Assembly: GCA_016194975.1 (NCBI GenBank)
Contig: JACQAM010000005.1
Span: 7,536-71,535 of the forward strand
Length of the DNA stretch: 64,000 nt
Source: Bacteroidota bacterium
GTDB taxonomy: Bacteria; Bacteroidota; Bacteroidia; Palsa-965
Direction: 5' to 3'
Under the pieces are notes generated by a model. It saw only the letters and a program-made list of their open reading frames with translations. It was not told the DNA's origin and ran no database searches. Position numbers and translations under genes: made by a program. Shown piece after piece: positions 50,284 through 59,037 of this stretch. The stretch's first letter is position 1, and the number at the start of each line of letters is the position of its first letter.

Positions 50284-51036
50284 TCATATTTTTTCATTCA
50301 ACGCTTCTTCCGCAACTTTTTCTTCTATAAAGTGCGCATCGTTCCCGAGATATTTTTCCACCATCCAGTGGCCAAGATAAATGAGAGGCGTAAGCCCGAT
50401 AGCGATCATCAATTTGAAAAAATAATTTGTAATTCCTACTGACCAGAATTGCGACATGGAAAATGTTCCGGGAATAACAAATGCAATGTAAAGCACAACA
50501 AAAGAATCGACGAGCTGCGAGATAACGGTGGAACCTGTTGAGCGGAGCCAAATCATTTTTCCTCCTGTGCGTTTCCGGAAAAACCAGAATACAAATGAAT
50601 CGACCAACTGGCCAATGATAAATGCAGTGATGCTGCCGGCAATGATCCATTGCGATTGTCCGAATACACGATTGAACTGCTCGTCATTCGCAACATTCGG
50701 TTTCCAGTGCGGGCCGGCGTTCGCAGGTGGCGGCGGAACAAATGCATGCGGCAGCATAGCAATGTAAACGATGACAAAACACAATGCGATCATGAAAGCA
50801 GTGAGAAAAGAAACACTCCGCAGAACTTTAGGCCCGTAAAATTCATTGATCGTATCCGTCACAAGAAAAACAACCGGCCAGGGAATGATTCCGATGATGG
50901 AAACGAAAGACCCGATCTCGAATGAACCGATGTGAATATGCGCAACAAATAATTTAGAACTCACGAGTTCGGCAGTGATCGCGCTCGTGAGAAAAATTGC
51001 GAAAAGAATAATAAGAAGTTTTGTTCTCCGGTCCAT
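50284..51036 (-). CDS. yhhQ: VUT/YhhQ family transporter (queuosine-precursor transporter family)
   Basis: TDTINEFYG, GSITAFIIGQLVD, RSTGSTVISQLVDS, multiple TM helices; TGATG overlap with bioA. Confidence 0.85.
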   Translation of the reverse strand: MDRRTKLLIILFAIFLTSAITAELVSSKLFVAHIHIGSFEIGSFVSIIGIIPWPVVFLVTDTINEFYGPKVLRSVSFLTAFMIALCFVIVYIAMLPHAFVPPPPANAGPHWKPNVANDEQFNRVFGQSQWIIAGSITAFIIGQLVDSFVFWFFRKRTGGKMIWLRSTGSTVISQLVDSFVVLYIAFVIPGTFSMSQFWSVGITNYFFKLMIAIGLTPLIYLGHWMVEKYLGNDAHFIEEKVAEEALNEKI

Positions 51037-52304
51037 CAGTTCAAAGTTAAAAATCCGCGGATGGCCCCAATAATATTTCCGAGTTGCTCATCCGTAATGC
51101 AATACGGCGGCAACACGTAGATCACATTTCCCAATGGCCGAAGAATGATCCCCTGCTTCGGAAAAAATTCATTTACTTTTTCTGCAATAGGATTCAGGTA
51201 TTCCGTCTTTCCTTCCGTTTTCAATTCAAGAGCGAAAACAGCGCCGCAACTTCTTGCTGAAATTATTTCCGGATGAACAGAAAATTCCTTTACCCATTCC
51301 GAAAAAACAGCAGCGATCTCCCCTACCCGTTTCAGTGTATTTTCTTTTTCAAAAATTTCCAGCGACGCAAGCGCGGCCGTACATGCGAGCGGGTTGCCCG
51401 TGTAGGAATGTCCGTGAAAAAAAGTTTTTGATTTATCATCAGTGCGAAATGCGGAATGAATTTCTTCCGTGCATAAAGTTGCTCCGAGCGGAAGAAATCC
51501 ACCGGTAAGTCCTTTTGAAAGACAAATAATATCCGGTTTTGTTTCGCAGTGATCAGTGGCGAACATTTTTCCGGTTCTCCCGAAACCCGTCATCACTTCA
51601 TCTGCAATGGTGATGATATTCTTCTCCATGCATCTCCACACTAATTCATCGAGTGCAGATGCATCGTACATCACCATTCCTCCTGCTCCCTGTATCATCG
51701 GTTCGAAAATAAATGCCGCTGTATTTTCATCCATATAATTTTTCAGCGCATCAATACTTCTTTTCTCATTTCCTTTCACCGGAACAGGAATAGCAATAAC
51801 ATCGAAAAGCAATTCTTCAAAAGCATTCGTAAAAATAGTGCGGGCGCCTACAGACATGCTGCCGAACGTATCGCCATGGTATCCATTTTCAAAAGCGATG
51901 ATCTTTGTTTTCGCTTTTCCTTTATTGCGCCAGTATTGCAAAGCCATTTTCAACGCTACCTCAACAGAAGTAGAACCATCATCAGAATAAAAAACTTTTT
52001 TCATTTGCGGAAACTGCGACAATAATTTTTCCGCCAGTTCTACGCCTGGCTTGTGAGTGAAACCGGAAAAAAGAGAATGCTCAAGAATATTCGCCTGCTC
52101 AGAAATTTTTTTCGCTATATGCGCGTGCGCGTGTCCGTGTACATTCACCCACCACGACGAGATCGCATCTACGTACGAATTTCCATTCTCATCGAAAAGC
52201 AATGCGCCATCTCCTCTCACGATCGTGATCGCCTCATTCGACAATTGAGGAGTGAAAGGATGCCAGACTGAATTTTTATCGCGTTCGGAGATCGTCTTCG
52301 CCAT
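51036..52304 (-). CDS. bioA: DAPA aminotransferase
   Basis: WHPFTP, SSWWVNVHGH, GSTSVEVALK, YHGDT, DEVMTGFGRTG, LSKGLTGG. Confidence 0.96.
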   Translation of the reverse strand: MAKTISERDKNSVWHPFTPQLSNEAITIVRGDGALLFDENGNSYVDAISSWWVNVHGHAHAHIAKKISEQANILEHSLFSGFTHKPGVELAEKLLSQFPQMKKVFYSDDGSTSVEVALKMALQYWRNKGKAKTKIIAFENGYHGDTFGSMSVGARTIFTNAFEELLFDVIAIPVPVKGNEKRSIDALKNYMDENTAAFIFEPMIQGAGGMVMYDASALDELVWRCMEKNIITIADEVMTGFGRTGKMFATDHCETKPDIICLSKGLTGGFLPLGATLCTEEIHSAFRTDDKSKTFFHGHSYTGNPLACTAALASLEIFEKENTLKRVGEIAAVFSEWVKEFSVHPEIISARSCGAVFALELKTEGKTEYLNPIAEKVNEFFPKQGIILRPLGNVIYVLPPYCITDEQLGNIIGAIRGFLTLN

Positions 52305-52381
52305 GATTCAAAATTCAGGATTTAAATATTCAAGATCCATGAAAATATTTTTTTCAAGAGATCAGAATTTTGAATTGAATT
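52305..52381. repeat. Inverted arrays of degenerate 7-mers (GATTCAA type) filling the bioD-bioA spacer
   Basis: GATTCAA-AATTCAG-GATTTAA on the left; CAGAATTTTGAATTGAATT on the right. Confidence 0.5.
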
Positions 52382-52994
52382 ACAAATTATCACTGAACTG
52401 TTTCGCGTATCTCGACACCACTTCTTTGTTGATCACCGCTTCCTTATTGATCCGGCCGAGGAATTTCAGATTGCTGTAGGAAAGTACAATCTCTTCTGAG
52501 AGTTTGTGCGGTGCGCCGTTAAATACAAGTCCGAGCACAGGAATATTCCGGAAGCGGAGTGCATCAATGGAGAGTAAAGAATGATTGATACTTCCGAGAT
52601 AATTCTGGATGACGAGCACTACTTCTGCATTTACTTTTTTAATGATGTCCACGATGAACTCTTTATCATTCAACGGCACCATGATGCCGCCTGCTCCTTC
52701 GATAATGAGGTGATTGGATGTTTGAGGCGGATTTATATTTTCCAATGAAATGCGAAGCCCTTCGAGTTCAGCAGCGGCGTGCGGAGACATGTATTGCTTG
52801 AGCACATAACTTTCCGGGTGAATTACCGTCTTTGTATTCGAAATGTATTTCCTGATTTTATCAGCATCCGTAGAAAAATAACTTCCTGTTTGAATGGGTT
52901 TCCAGTAATCTGCCTGGAGCGCTTCACAAAGAATGGATGAAACAACTGTCTTCCCAACATCGGTGCCGATTCCAGTAACAAAAATTCTCTTCAT
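52380..52994 (-). CDS. bioD: Dethiobiotin synthase
   Basis: FVTGIGTDVGKT, SPH.AA, EGAGG, LGSINH. Confidence 0.96.
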   Translation of the reverse strand: MKRIFVTGIGTDVGKTVVSSILCEALQADYWKPIQTGSYFSTDADKIRKYISNTKTVIHPESYVLKQYMSPHAAAELEGLRISLENINPPQTSNHLIIEGAGGIMVPLNDKEFIVDIIKKVNAEVVLVIQNYLGSINHSLLSIDALRFRNIPVLGLVFNGAPHKLSEEIVLSYSNLKFLGRINKEAVINKEVVSRYAKQFSDNL

Positions 52995-53059
52995 AAACGG
53001 GGAAACAGGTGTGAGTCAGTAAATGTCGTAAATAGATTTGTTTCTGTCAACTTTACATT

Positions 53060-54202
53060 TTACGCGGAAAGATGCTGAATAAGCAGGCCGATATCTTCTT
53101 TTGAGTTGAAACTATGAAGAATGATGCGGAGCCGTTCTTTTCCTTCTGCGACCGTCGGGGAAAGAATGGCGCGCACATCGAGTTTTTTTTCACGGCATTT
53201 TTCCATCACCGCTTTTACATTTTCATTTCCCGGAATGATCATACTCTGAATTGCCGAACCGGATCGCACATGGCCAGGAAAACAGCGTGATGCTTCTTCG
53301 CTGAAATGAAAAATATTTTTTCGGAGGAGATCGCGCAATTCCGATTGAGCTGAAACAAATTCAACAGCACATCGCATCACATGAATATCATGAACGGGCA
53401 ATGCAGTTGTAAAAATGAAAGGCCTCGAAAAGTTGACCAGGTATTCACGCAAAACCGTGGAGCATGCAACGAACGCACCATGACATCCCATTGCTTTTCC
53501 GAAGGTGTAAAGCCGCGCAAATATTTTTTCATGCAATCCTGTTTCGACGGCAAGTCCTTCGCCGTTTTTTCCTGCTAATCCCGTGCTGTGCGCTTCATCA
53601 AGGATCAGTGACGCATTTTTTTCTTCACACAATTCCACCATTTCTTCCAGTGGGCAAGAATCGCCGTCCATCGAATAAAAAGATTCTACAGCAACAAAAA
53701 TATTTCCCTCGGCACGATCCATCAATTCACGAAGATGATCAACATCATTATGCCGGAAACTCCACGCCCTTGCATTCGAGAGGCGGATTCCATCACGGAC
53801 AGAAGCGTGTATCAACTCATCATAAAGTACGGTATCTCCTTTTTGCGGAACACATCCGAATATACCACAGTTGGCTGCGAATCCAGAATTGAAGATCAAT
53901 CCTGATCCTGACCTGAAATGTTGCGCGAAAAAATTCTCGGTTTTTTCTATGAACTCAGAATCTCCGGAAAGAAGACGCGATCCGCCAGAACCGAAAAGTT
54001 GTGCGGAACCAAGTGACTTTCCTTTTTCTTCCACGTAATTTCTGAATTCAGCCGAACGTGCCAAGCCGAGATAATCATTGGAAGAAAAATCAATAAGAGA
54101 GTGATCGAAAGGAATTAATTTGCGGAGGGAATTTGTTTTCCGGCGTTCATCGAGCGCAGCAACAATGCGTTCTTCAACCGGCGCGATCTTCTGTGTTCTC
54201 AC
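53060..54202 (-). CDS. bioF: 8-amino-7-oxononanoate synthase
   Basis: SNDYLGL, GSGGSRLL, HASVRDG, DEAHSTG, TFGKA; position in the bio operon. Confidence 0.92.
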   Translation of the reverse strand: MRTQKIAPVEERIVAALDERRKTNSLRKLIPFDHSLIDFSSNDYLGLARSAEFRNYVEEKGKSLGSAQLFGSGGSRLLSGDSEFIEKTENFFAQHFRSGSGLIFNSGFAANCGIFGCVPQKGDTVLYDELIHASVRDGIRLSNARAWSFRHNDVDHLRELMDRAEGNIFVAVESFYSMDGDSCPLEEMVELCEEKNASLILDEAHSTGLAGKNGEGLAVETGLHEKIFARLYTFGKAMGCHGAFVACSTVLREYLVNFSRPFIFTTALPVHDIHVMRCAVEFVSAQSELRDLLRKNIFHFSEEASRCFPGHVRSGSAIQSMIIPGNENVKAVMEKCREKKLDVRAILSPTVAEGKERLRIILHSFNSKEDIGLLIQHLSA

Positions 54203-54936
54203 TTGTAGGGATCGGACATGGAAGGATCGATTCGAATGCCGATCATTCCACTATACGTAAAAATATTATGTATGACCACTCCGCCCGGATCCACAGCAGG
54301 ATTCTTGAAATATTTATATTCTCCCATGGGTTGAATGAAAAGAAAAACCCCGGGATAAATCTGTATATCGCCAACGGGGCTCAGCGTGATGAACATACTG
54401 TTTGCAAGAGCATCGGCACCGAAGAGATTGATGCGGTCCACATTATTGAAACTGAAAAATCCGAATCTTCCATTGGCGCTCAATGAAAATTTGGAGCGGG
54501 CTTCGGGCCAGAAAGGAAATTCGAATTGTGCAAAAATCTTATCGAAACGGAAACTCTCGTCGTACAATACTACTTTGCTGGTAGTAATAGTAGATTTCAG
54601 TTCCAGTTTTGTGAGATAGAATTTCTCAAAATTCATTCCGAGTCCGAGACGGAAATTCTGAACCGGGCAAAGTACATTCACATCGTAGAAAGTGGTGGCA
54701 TTGTTCGCACGGAATTTGAAAGATCCTGATTCAATCTGTGCTCCCTGCTTGTCATAGATGGATGATTTGGAAAGATCGGAATACCAATATGCTTTTCCTA
54801 CACCATAGCCAACAGAAAGAAAATACTTCTCTTTATTCATGCTCGGTTCCGTGTACCAGTTCATGTGAAACTGCGCGTGCACACATGCGAACAGGCCAAG
54901 AGAGAAAATAAAAGTGGTAAGTAATTTCTTTTTCAA
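54199..54936 (-). CDS. Hypothetical outer-membrane beta-barrel protein within the bio operon
   Basis: Signal peptide ending VHA-Q; about 8 alternating aromatic/glycine beta-strands; GTGA overlap with bioF. Confidence 0.65.
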   Translation of the reverse strand: MKKKLLTTFIFSLGLFACVHAQFHMNWYTEPSMNKEKYFLSVGYGVGKAYWYSDLSKSSIYDKQGAQIESGSFKFRANNATTFYDVNVLCPVQNFRLGLGMNFEKFYLTKLELKSTITTSKVVLYDESFRFDKIFAQFEFPFWPEARSKFSLSANGRFGFFSFNNVDRINLFGADALANSMFITLSPVGDIQIYPGVFLFIQPMGEYKYFKNPAVDPGGVVIHNIFTYSGMIGIRIDPSMSDPYK

Positions 54937-54947
54937 AATATTTTTTT

Positions 54948-55955
54948 TCAGTTGTTAGCGGTAACTTCTGATTCAGTCATTGATTTATTTTTTCGATACT
55001 TGAAAGCTTCGCGTGAAAATAATCCGAGCGTTTCGAGCAATTGTTGGTCTTCGCTGAACGCAGGATTCGGCGTGGTCAATAATTTATCTCCGGCGAAAAT
55101 TGAATTCGCTCCGGCGAGAAAACAAAACGCCTGCGTTTCTTCATTCATCTGCATTCTTCCTGCAGATAAACGAACAACAGAACGTGGCATTACAATTCTT
55201 GTCGTCGCTACCATACGGATCATTTCCCAGGAGGAAACCGGTTTTTGATCTTCGAGCGGAGTTCCTGCAACAGGAACCAGCGCATTAATAGGAACAGATT
55301 CCGGATGAGGATTAAGTCCGCTCAGTGTTCTCAGCATTCCGAGACGATCTTCGATACGCTCTCCCATTCCAATAATTCCGCCTGAACAAATGGTCATTCC
55401 CGCTTTGCGCACATGCCTGAGTGTTTTCAAACGATCATCAAAAGTGCGCGTGGTGATGATATCGTTATAAAATTCTTCCGATGTATCGAGATTATGATTG
55501 TAGGCATACACGCCCGCCTGCGCGAGTTTCTGTGCCTGTTCCTCCGTGAGCATTCCCAATGTGCAACACACTTCCATTCCTTCATTATTGATCGCCTTCA
55601 CCATTTCGAGCACACTGTCAAAATCTTTATTGTCGCGAACCTCGCGCCACGCAGCGCCCAAACACATGCGCGATGCACCTCCGGCTTTTGCATTTTTACT
55701 CGCAGTGATCACTTCATTCACCGGAAGGATCTTCTGAACTTTTACTTCGGTATTATATTTTGCAGATTGAGGACAGTAACCGCAATCTTCACTGCAACCA
55801 CCGGTTTTGATCGAAAGCAATGAACTGACCTGGACCTCTTGTGGATCGAAAAATTCCCGGTGAACAGTTGCGGCTTTATATACCAATTCCAAAAGCGGAG
55901 TATGATAAAGCTTAAGTAATTCTGCCGGAGTCCAGTTATGCCGTATTGGGCTCAT
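54948..55955 (-). CDS. bioB: Biotin synthase
   Basis: CSEDCGYC radical SAM motif, YNHNLDT, PESVPIN, RLSAGR, GDKLLTT. Start moved to ATG 55955, downstream of TACCTTTG at 56006-56013. Confidence 0.97.
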   Translation of the reverse strand: MSPIRHNWTPAELLKLYHTPLLELVYKAATVHREFFDPQEVQVSSLLSIKTGGCSEDCGYCPQSAKYNTEVKVQKILPVNEVITASKNAKAGGASRMCLGAAWREVRDNKDFDSVLEMVKAINNEGMEVCCTLGMLTEEQAQKLAQAGVYAYNHNLDTSEEFYNDIITTRTFDDRLKTLRHVRKAGMTICSGGIIGMGERIEDRLGMLRTLSGLNPHPESVPINALVPVAGTPLEDQKPVSSWEMIRMVATTRIVMPRSVVRLSAGRMQMNEETQAFCFLAGANSIFAGDKLLTTPNPAFSEDQQLLETLGLFSREAFKYRKNKSMTESEVTANN

Positions 55956-56101
55956 TGTGAGATTACCAAAGATAAGAAAATTGACTTCGGTTTGACATGG
56001 GTTCCAAAGGTACTTATTAAGCATGGAGTCTTAAATTTGATTCAGCATCGGAAGAAGATATTTCTTTTATTTACCGGTGAATAACTTCAATCATTTTCAT
56101 T

Positions 56102-56776
56102 ATGCGAATCGATATTATTTCTGTTGTGCCTGATCTTCTTAAAAGTCCGTTTGAACATTCCATTCTGCAGCGTGCACAGGCAAAAAAAATCGCGGAAGTT
56201 CACCTCATCAATCTGCGTGATTATGCAACAGACAAATACAAATCGGTGGACGATTATGCATTCGGCGGAGGAGCCGGAATGGTAATGAAAATAGAACCGA
56301 TAGCAGCGTGCATTGAGGATCTGAAAAATAAACGCAGCTACGATGAAATAATTTATATGTCGCCCGATGGAGAAATACTGGATCAGAAAATGGCGAATAC
56401 TTTTTCAACAAAAAAAAATATCATCATCCTGTGCGGGCATTACAAGGGCGTTGACGAGCGCGTGCGCGAACATTTCATCACAAAAGAAATTTCCATTGGT
56501 AATTATGTGCTTTCAGGTGGAGAATTAGCTGCCGCTGTTCTCGCAGATTCTATTATCCGTTTGATCCCTGGCGTTCTGAATGATGAAACTTCTGCTTTAT
56601 CTGATTCTTTCCAGGACGGATTGATTGCGCCGCCGGTTTACACTCGTCCCGCTGAATTCAGAGGATGGAAAGTTCCCGGCATTTTACTCTCCGGACACGA
56701 AGAAAATATTAATAAGTGGAGGTACGATGAATCGGTAAAGAGGACGAAAGAAAGACGGCCGGATCTGCTCGGATGA
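56102..56776 (+). CDS. trmD: tRNA (guanine37-N1)-methyltransferase
   Basis: [40 protein letters not shown]. Confidence 0.97.
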   Translation: MRIDIISVVPDLLKSPFEHSILQRAQAKKIAEVHLINLRDYATDKYKSVDDYAFGGGAGMVMKIEPIAACIEDLKNKRSYDEIIYMSPDGEILDQKMANTFSTKKNIIILCGHYKGVDERVREHFITKEISIGNYVLSGGELAAAVLADSIIRLIPGVLNDETSALSDSFQDGLIAPPVYTRPAEFRGWKVPGILLSGHEENINKWRYDESVKRTKERRPDLLG

Positions 56777-56890
56777 TTGGTGATTGAAAAGTTGAAGTTT
56801 CCTTTTTCCCCGAATAGAAATTGGCATCATTACTTGTAAAAAAAACCTATATTTGCCGTCCATTTTCGAAACAATCTAAAAACTACAGTC

Positions 56891-57274
56891 ATGAATCTCT
56901 TGCAATATGCTGAAAAGCAATTGGTTGTAAAAGTAAACCATCCCGATTTCAGAGGAGGCGATACGGTAACCGTTCATTATAAAATCAAAGAGGGCGATAA
57001 AGAACGCGTTCAGAATTATACCGGTGTTGTTATTCAGCGCCGCGGACAAGGTGCAGTAGAAACTTTCACCGTTCGCAAAATGTCGAACGGCGTGGGTGTT
57101 GAACGTATTTTCCCTGTGAATTCTCCTTACATCGAGCAGATCGAAGTGAAGAAAAAAGGAGTGGTTCGCCGCGCAAGAATTTATTATCTGCGCAATCTCA
57201 CCGGAAAGAAAGCCCGCATTCAGGAAAAGATCCAGATGACAGAAACGGAAACAGAAACTCCGGCAGAAGCATAA
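56891..57274 (+). CDS. rplS: 50S ribosomal protein L19
   Basis: [39 protein letters not shown]. Confidence 0.97.
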   Translation: MNLLQYAEKQLVVKVNHPDFRGGDTVTVHYKIKEGDKERVQNYTGVVIQRRGQGAVETFTVRKMSNGVGVERIFPVNSPYIEQIEVKKKGVVRRARIYYLRNLTGKKARIQEKIQMTETETETPAEA

Positions 57275-57294
57275 TTTCACACACACACACGAAG

Positions 57295-57323
57295 AGAGTC
57301 CGGAATTTATTTCGGACTTTTTT
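57295..57323 (+). terminator. Intrinsic terminator after rplS
   Basis: AGTCCGGAA-TTTAT-TTCGGACT followed by a T tract. Confidence 0.8.
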
Positions 57324-57328
57324 GTTAA

Positions 57329-57389
57329 GGAGGATTACGGATTTGCTACAGACACTACAGATTACGGATTGAGACGGATTTACGGATTA
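57329..57389. repeat. Degenerate ACGGATT/ACAGATT array related to the 26674 element
   Basis: GGAGGATTACGGATTT...TACAGATTACGGATT..ACGGATTTACGGATT. Confidence 0.6.
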
Positions 57390-57405
57390 TTAACCGGTAA
57401 AAAAA

Positions 57406-58989
57406 TCAATCAGCAATTAATAACTGTAACCCTTCCGCAGAATTTTCAAAACTTTCCTCCAGTTCAGAAAAAAATCTTTTGCCGTATTTCAGATAGTAAG
57501 GAATAAAATTCTCGAAACGTTCCTGCAATTTTCCTTCAGGCAATGCTTTCTCGCGGATCTTGCGTAACTGATTCACCGAAGTTTCCATTTTCTGTTTTGC
57601 AGCGCGCAGCATTTTTCCTTCGAGCATATCGATCGCTTTCATCTGCTTCTGCAACTCGGCTTCCGCTGCTCCCCCGAGTGAGGCATCATGCTGAATGATC
57701 TTTTTCCGTAACGCATCGTAAGTAAGCTTGATCTGGATCCGTTCATCTTCGAGTGAAATTTCTTCGCCGGAATTTTTTTTCACAAAAGATGAAATGCTTT
57801 GCTCAGCTTCATCAAAAATATTTTCCACTTCAAGCCCGGCTTTTTCCCATTTCTCAATGGAAGATGAATCCAGAATCAGGATAAAATTCCGCGGAACAAG
57901 AACCGGGAATGAAACATTCATGGCTTCAAACATTTTCCGGTATTCCAGCCAATAGGAAATTTCTCCGGGACCTCCAACGTAAGCGATATTGGGCAGAATG
58001 ATCTGCTGGTAAAGCGGGCGCAACACTACATTCGGGCTGAAATTTTCCGGGTGAGTTTCAATTTCATTCACCAATTCCGATTTTGTAAAACTCATTTTTC
58101 CATTCACAGAAATAAACTTGCCCTCTTTCTCCTCAATTCTTTCCCGGATTCCCGGCTTCATGAAAAATAAATTTATGTTTCTCGGGTTCACCTGTATCCC
58201 GTAACCTTTCTTCCGCAAAGCATCCATCGTTTCATTCACCATTTTTCCTGTGTGTTGCGATTCAATTTCCTCTTTCATCACGGGAACAAAATATTTTTTC
58301 AAACGCGCATCATTTCCATCAACGACGAGAACTCTTCCCTCAAAAATTTCGTGCACCAGTTCGCACGTAGCCTGCGCGAGTGTCCTTCCCGCACGATAGA
58401 CGCGCGTAAAGATTTCCATCAGTTCATCGGCATGAGCGGAATCTCCGACGATCACACGAAGTTCTTCGATCACATTTTTCAGCGAATCAGTTTTCAATTC
58501 TCCGACAGCGCCTTCACTAACCAATTCCCACTTCAGTTTTTTCCCGAAGAGATTCACTGAAGAAATTTCTGCAAAGTCGTGATCTTCACTTGCCATCCAG
58601 TAAACCGGAACAACAGAAATATTTTCCGAAGAAAGTTCTTCCGCCAACCTGATCGCCGAAATTATTTTATAAATAAAATAAAGCGGCCCGGTAAAAAGGC
58701 AAAGCTGGTGGCCGGTGCAAATTGTAAACGTATTTTTCTGCGCGAGTTTATTCAGCAGAAGCTCATTTGAAATTCCTGCCGATGCATATTGTGCAGAAAC
58801 AACTTCTACAAGTGTTTTTCTTTTTTCATCATCGAATAAAACGGAAGAAGCCGCTTTGCGGAAACCGTTTTGATCCGGGGAATGCAGAAAAAAATCCTTC
58901 ACCTTTTCATTCCCGTTCACATAATCAAGAAAAAGTTCAGGGAACTGTCCGATGCGATCAAACGGAATACTGCGGGAATCGAATTTCAT
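57406..58989 (-). CDS. bshC: Bacillithiol biosynthesis cysteine-adding enzyme
   Basis: CTGHQLCLFTGPLY..YK, YWMASEDHDF.E, FSPNVVLRP..Q, YVGGPGEISYW, LQERF. Start moved to ATG 58989. Confidence 0.95.
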   Translation of the reverse strand: MKFDSRSIPFDRIGQFPELFLDYVNGNEKVKDFFLHSPDQNGFRKAASSVLFDDEKRKTLVEVVSAQYASAGISNELLLNKLAQKNTFTICTGHQLCLFTGPLYFIYKIISAIRLAEELSSENISVVPVYWMASEDHDFAEISSVNLFGKKLKWELVSEGAVGELKTDSLKNVIEELRVIVGDSAHADELMEIFTRVYRAGRTLAQATCELVHEIFEGRVLVVDGNDARLKKYFVPVMKEEIESQHTGKMVNETMDALRKKGYGIQVNPRNINLFFMKPGIRERIEEKEGKFISVNGKMSFTKSELVNEIETHPENFSPNVVLRPLYQQIILPNIAYVGGPGEISYWLEYRKMFEAMNVSFPVLVPRNFILILDSSSIEKWEKAGLEVENIFDEAEQSISSFVKKNSGEEISLEDERIQIKLTYDALRKKIIQHDASLGGAAEAELQKQMKAIDMLEGKMLRAAKQKMETSVNQLRKIREKALPEGKLQERFENFIPYYLKYGKRFFSELEESFENSAEGLQLLIAD

Positions 58990-59037
58990 TCGGAACAAAG
59001 GTAACAGTTAACGAGGAGAGAAATCCGGCAGGGTTGG

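Noticed and set aside
49253-50290. dif site or integrative element at xerD
   Set aside because: No dif-like 28-bp palindrome, att repeats or cargo seen; the protein looks like housekeeping XerD.
55956-56101. BirA operator upstream of bioB
   Set aside because: No inverted repeat resembling known BirA boxes was found.
57278-57290. (CA)6 microsatellite after rplS
   Set aside because: Short, non-coding, between the stop and terminator; no plausible functional consequence visible.
57406-58989. bshC (and cdaA) as unexpected genes in a Gram-negative
   Set aside because: Bacillithiol-type thiols and CdaA are already known in Bacteroidota.
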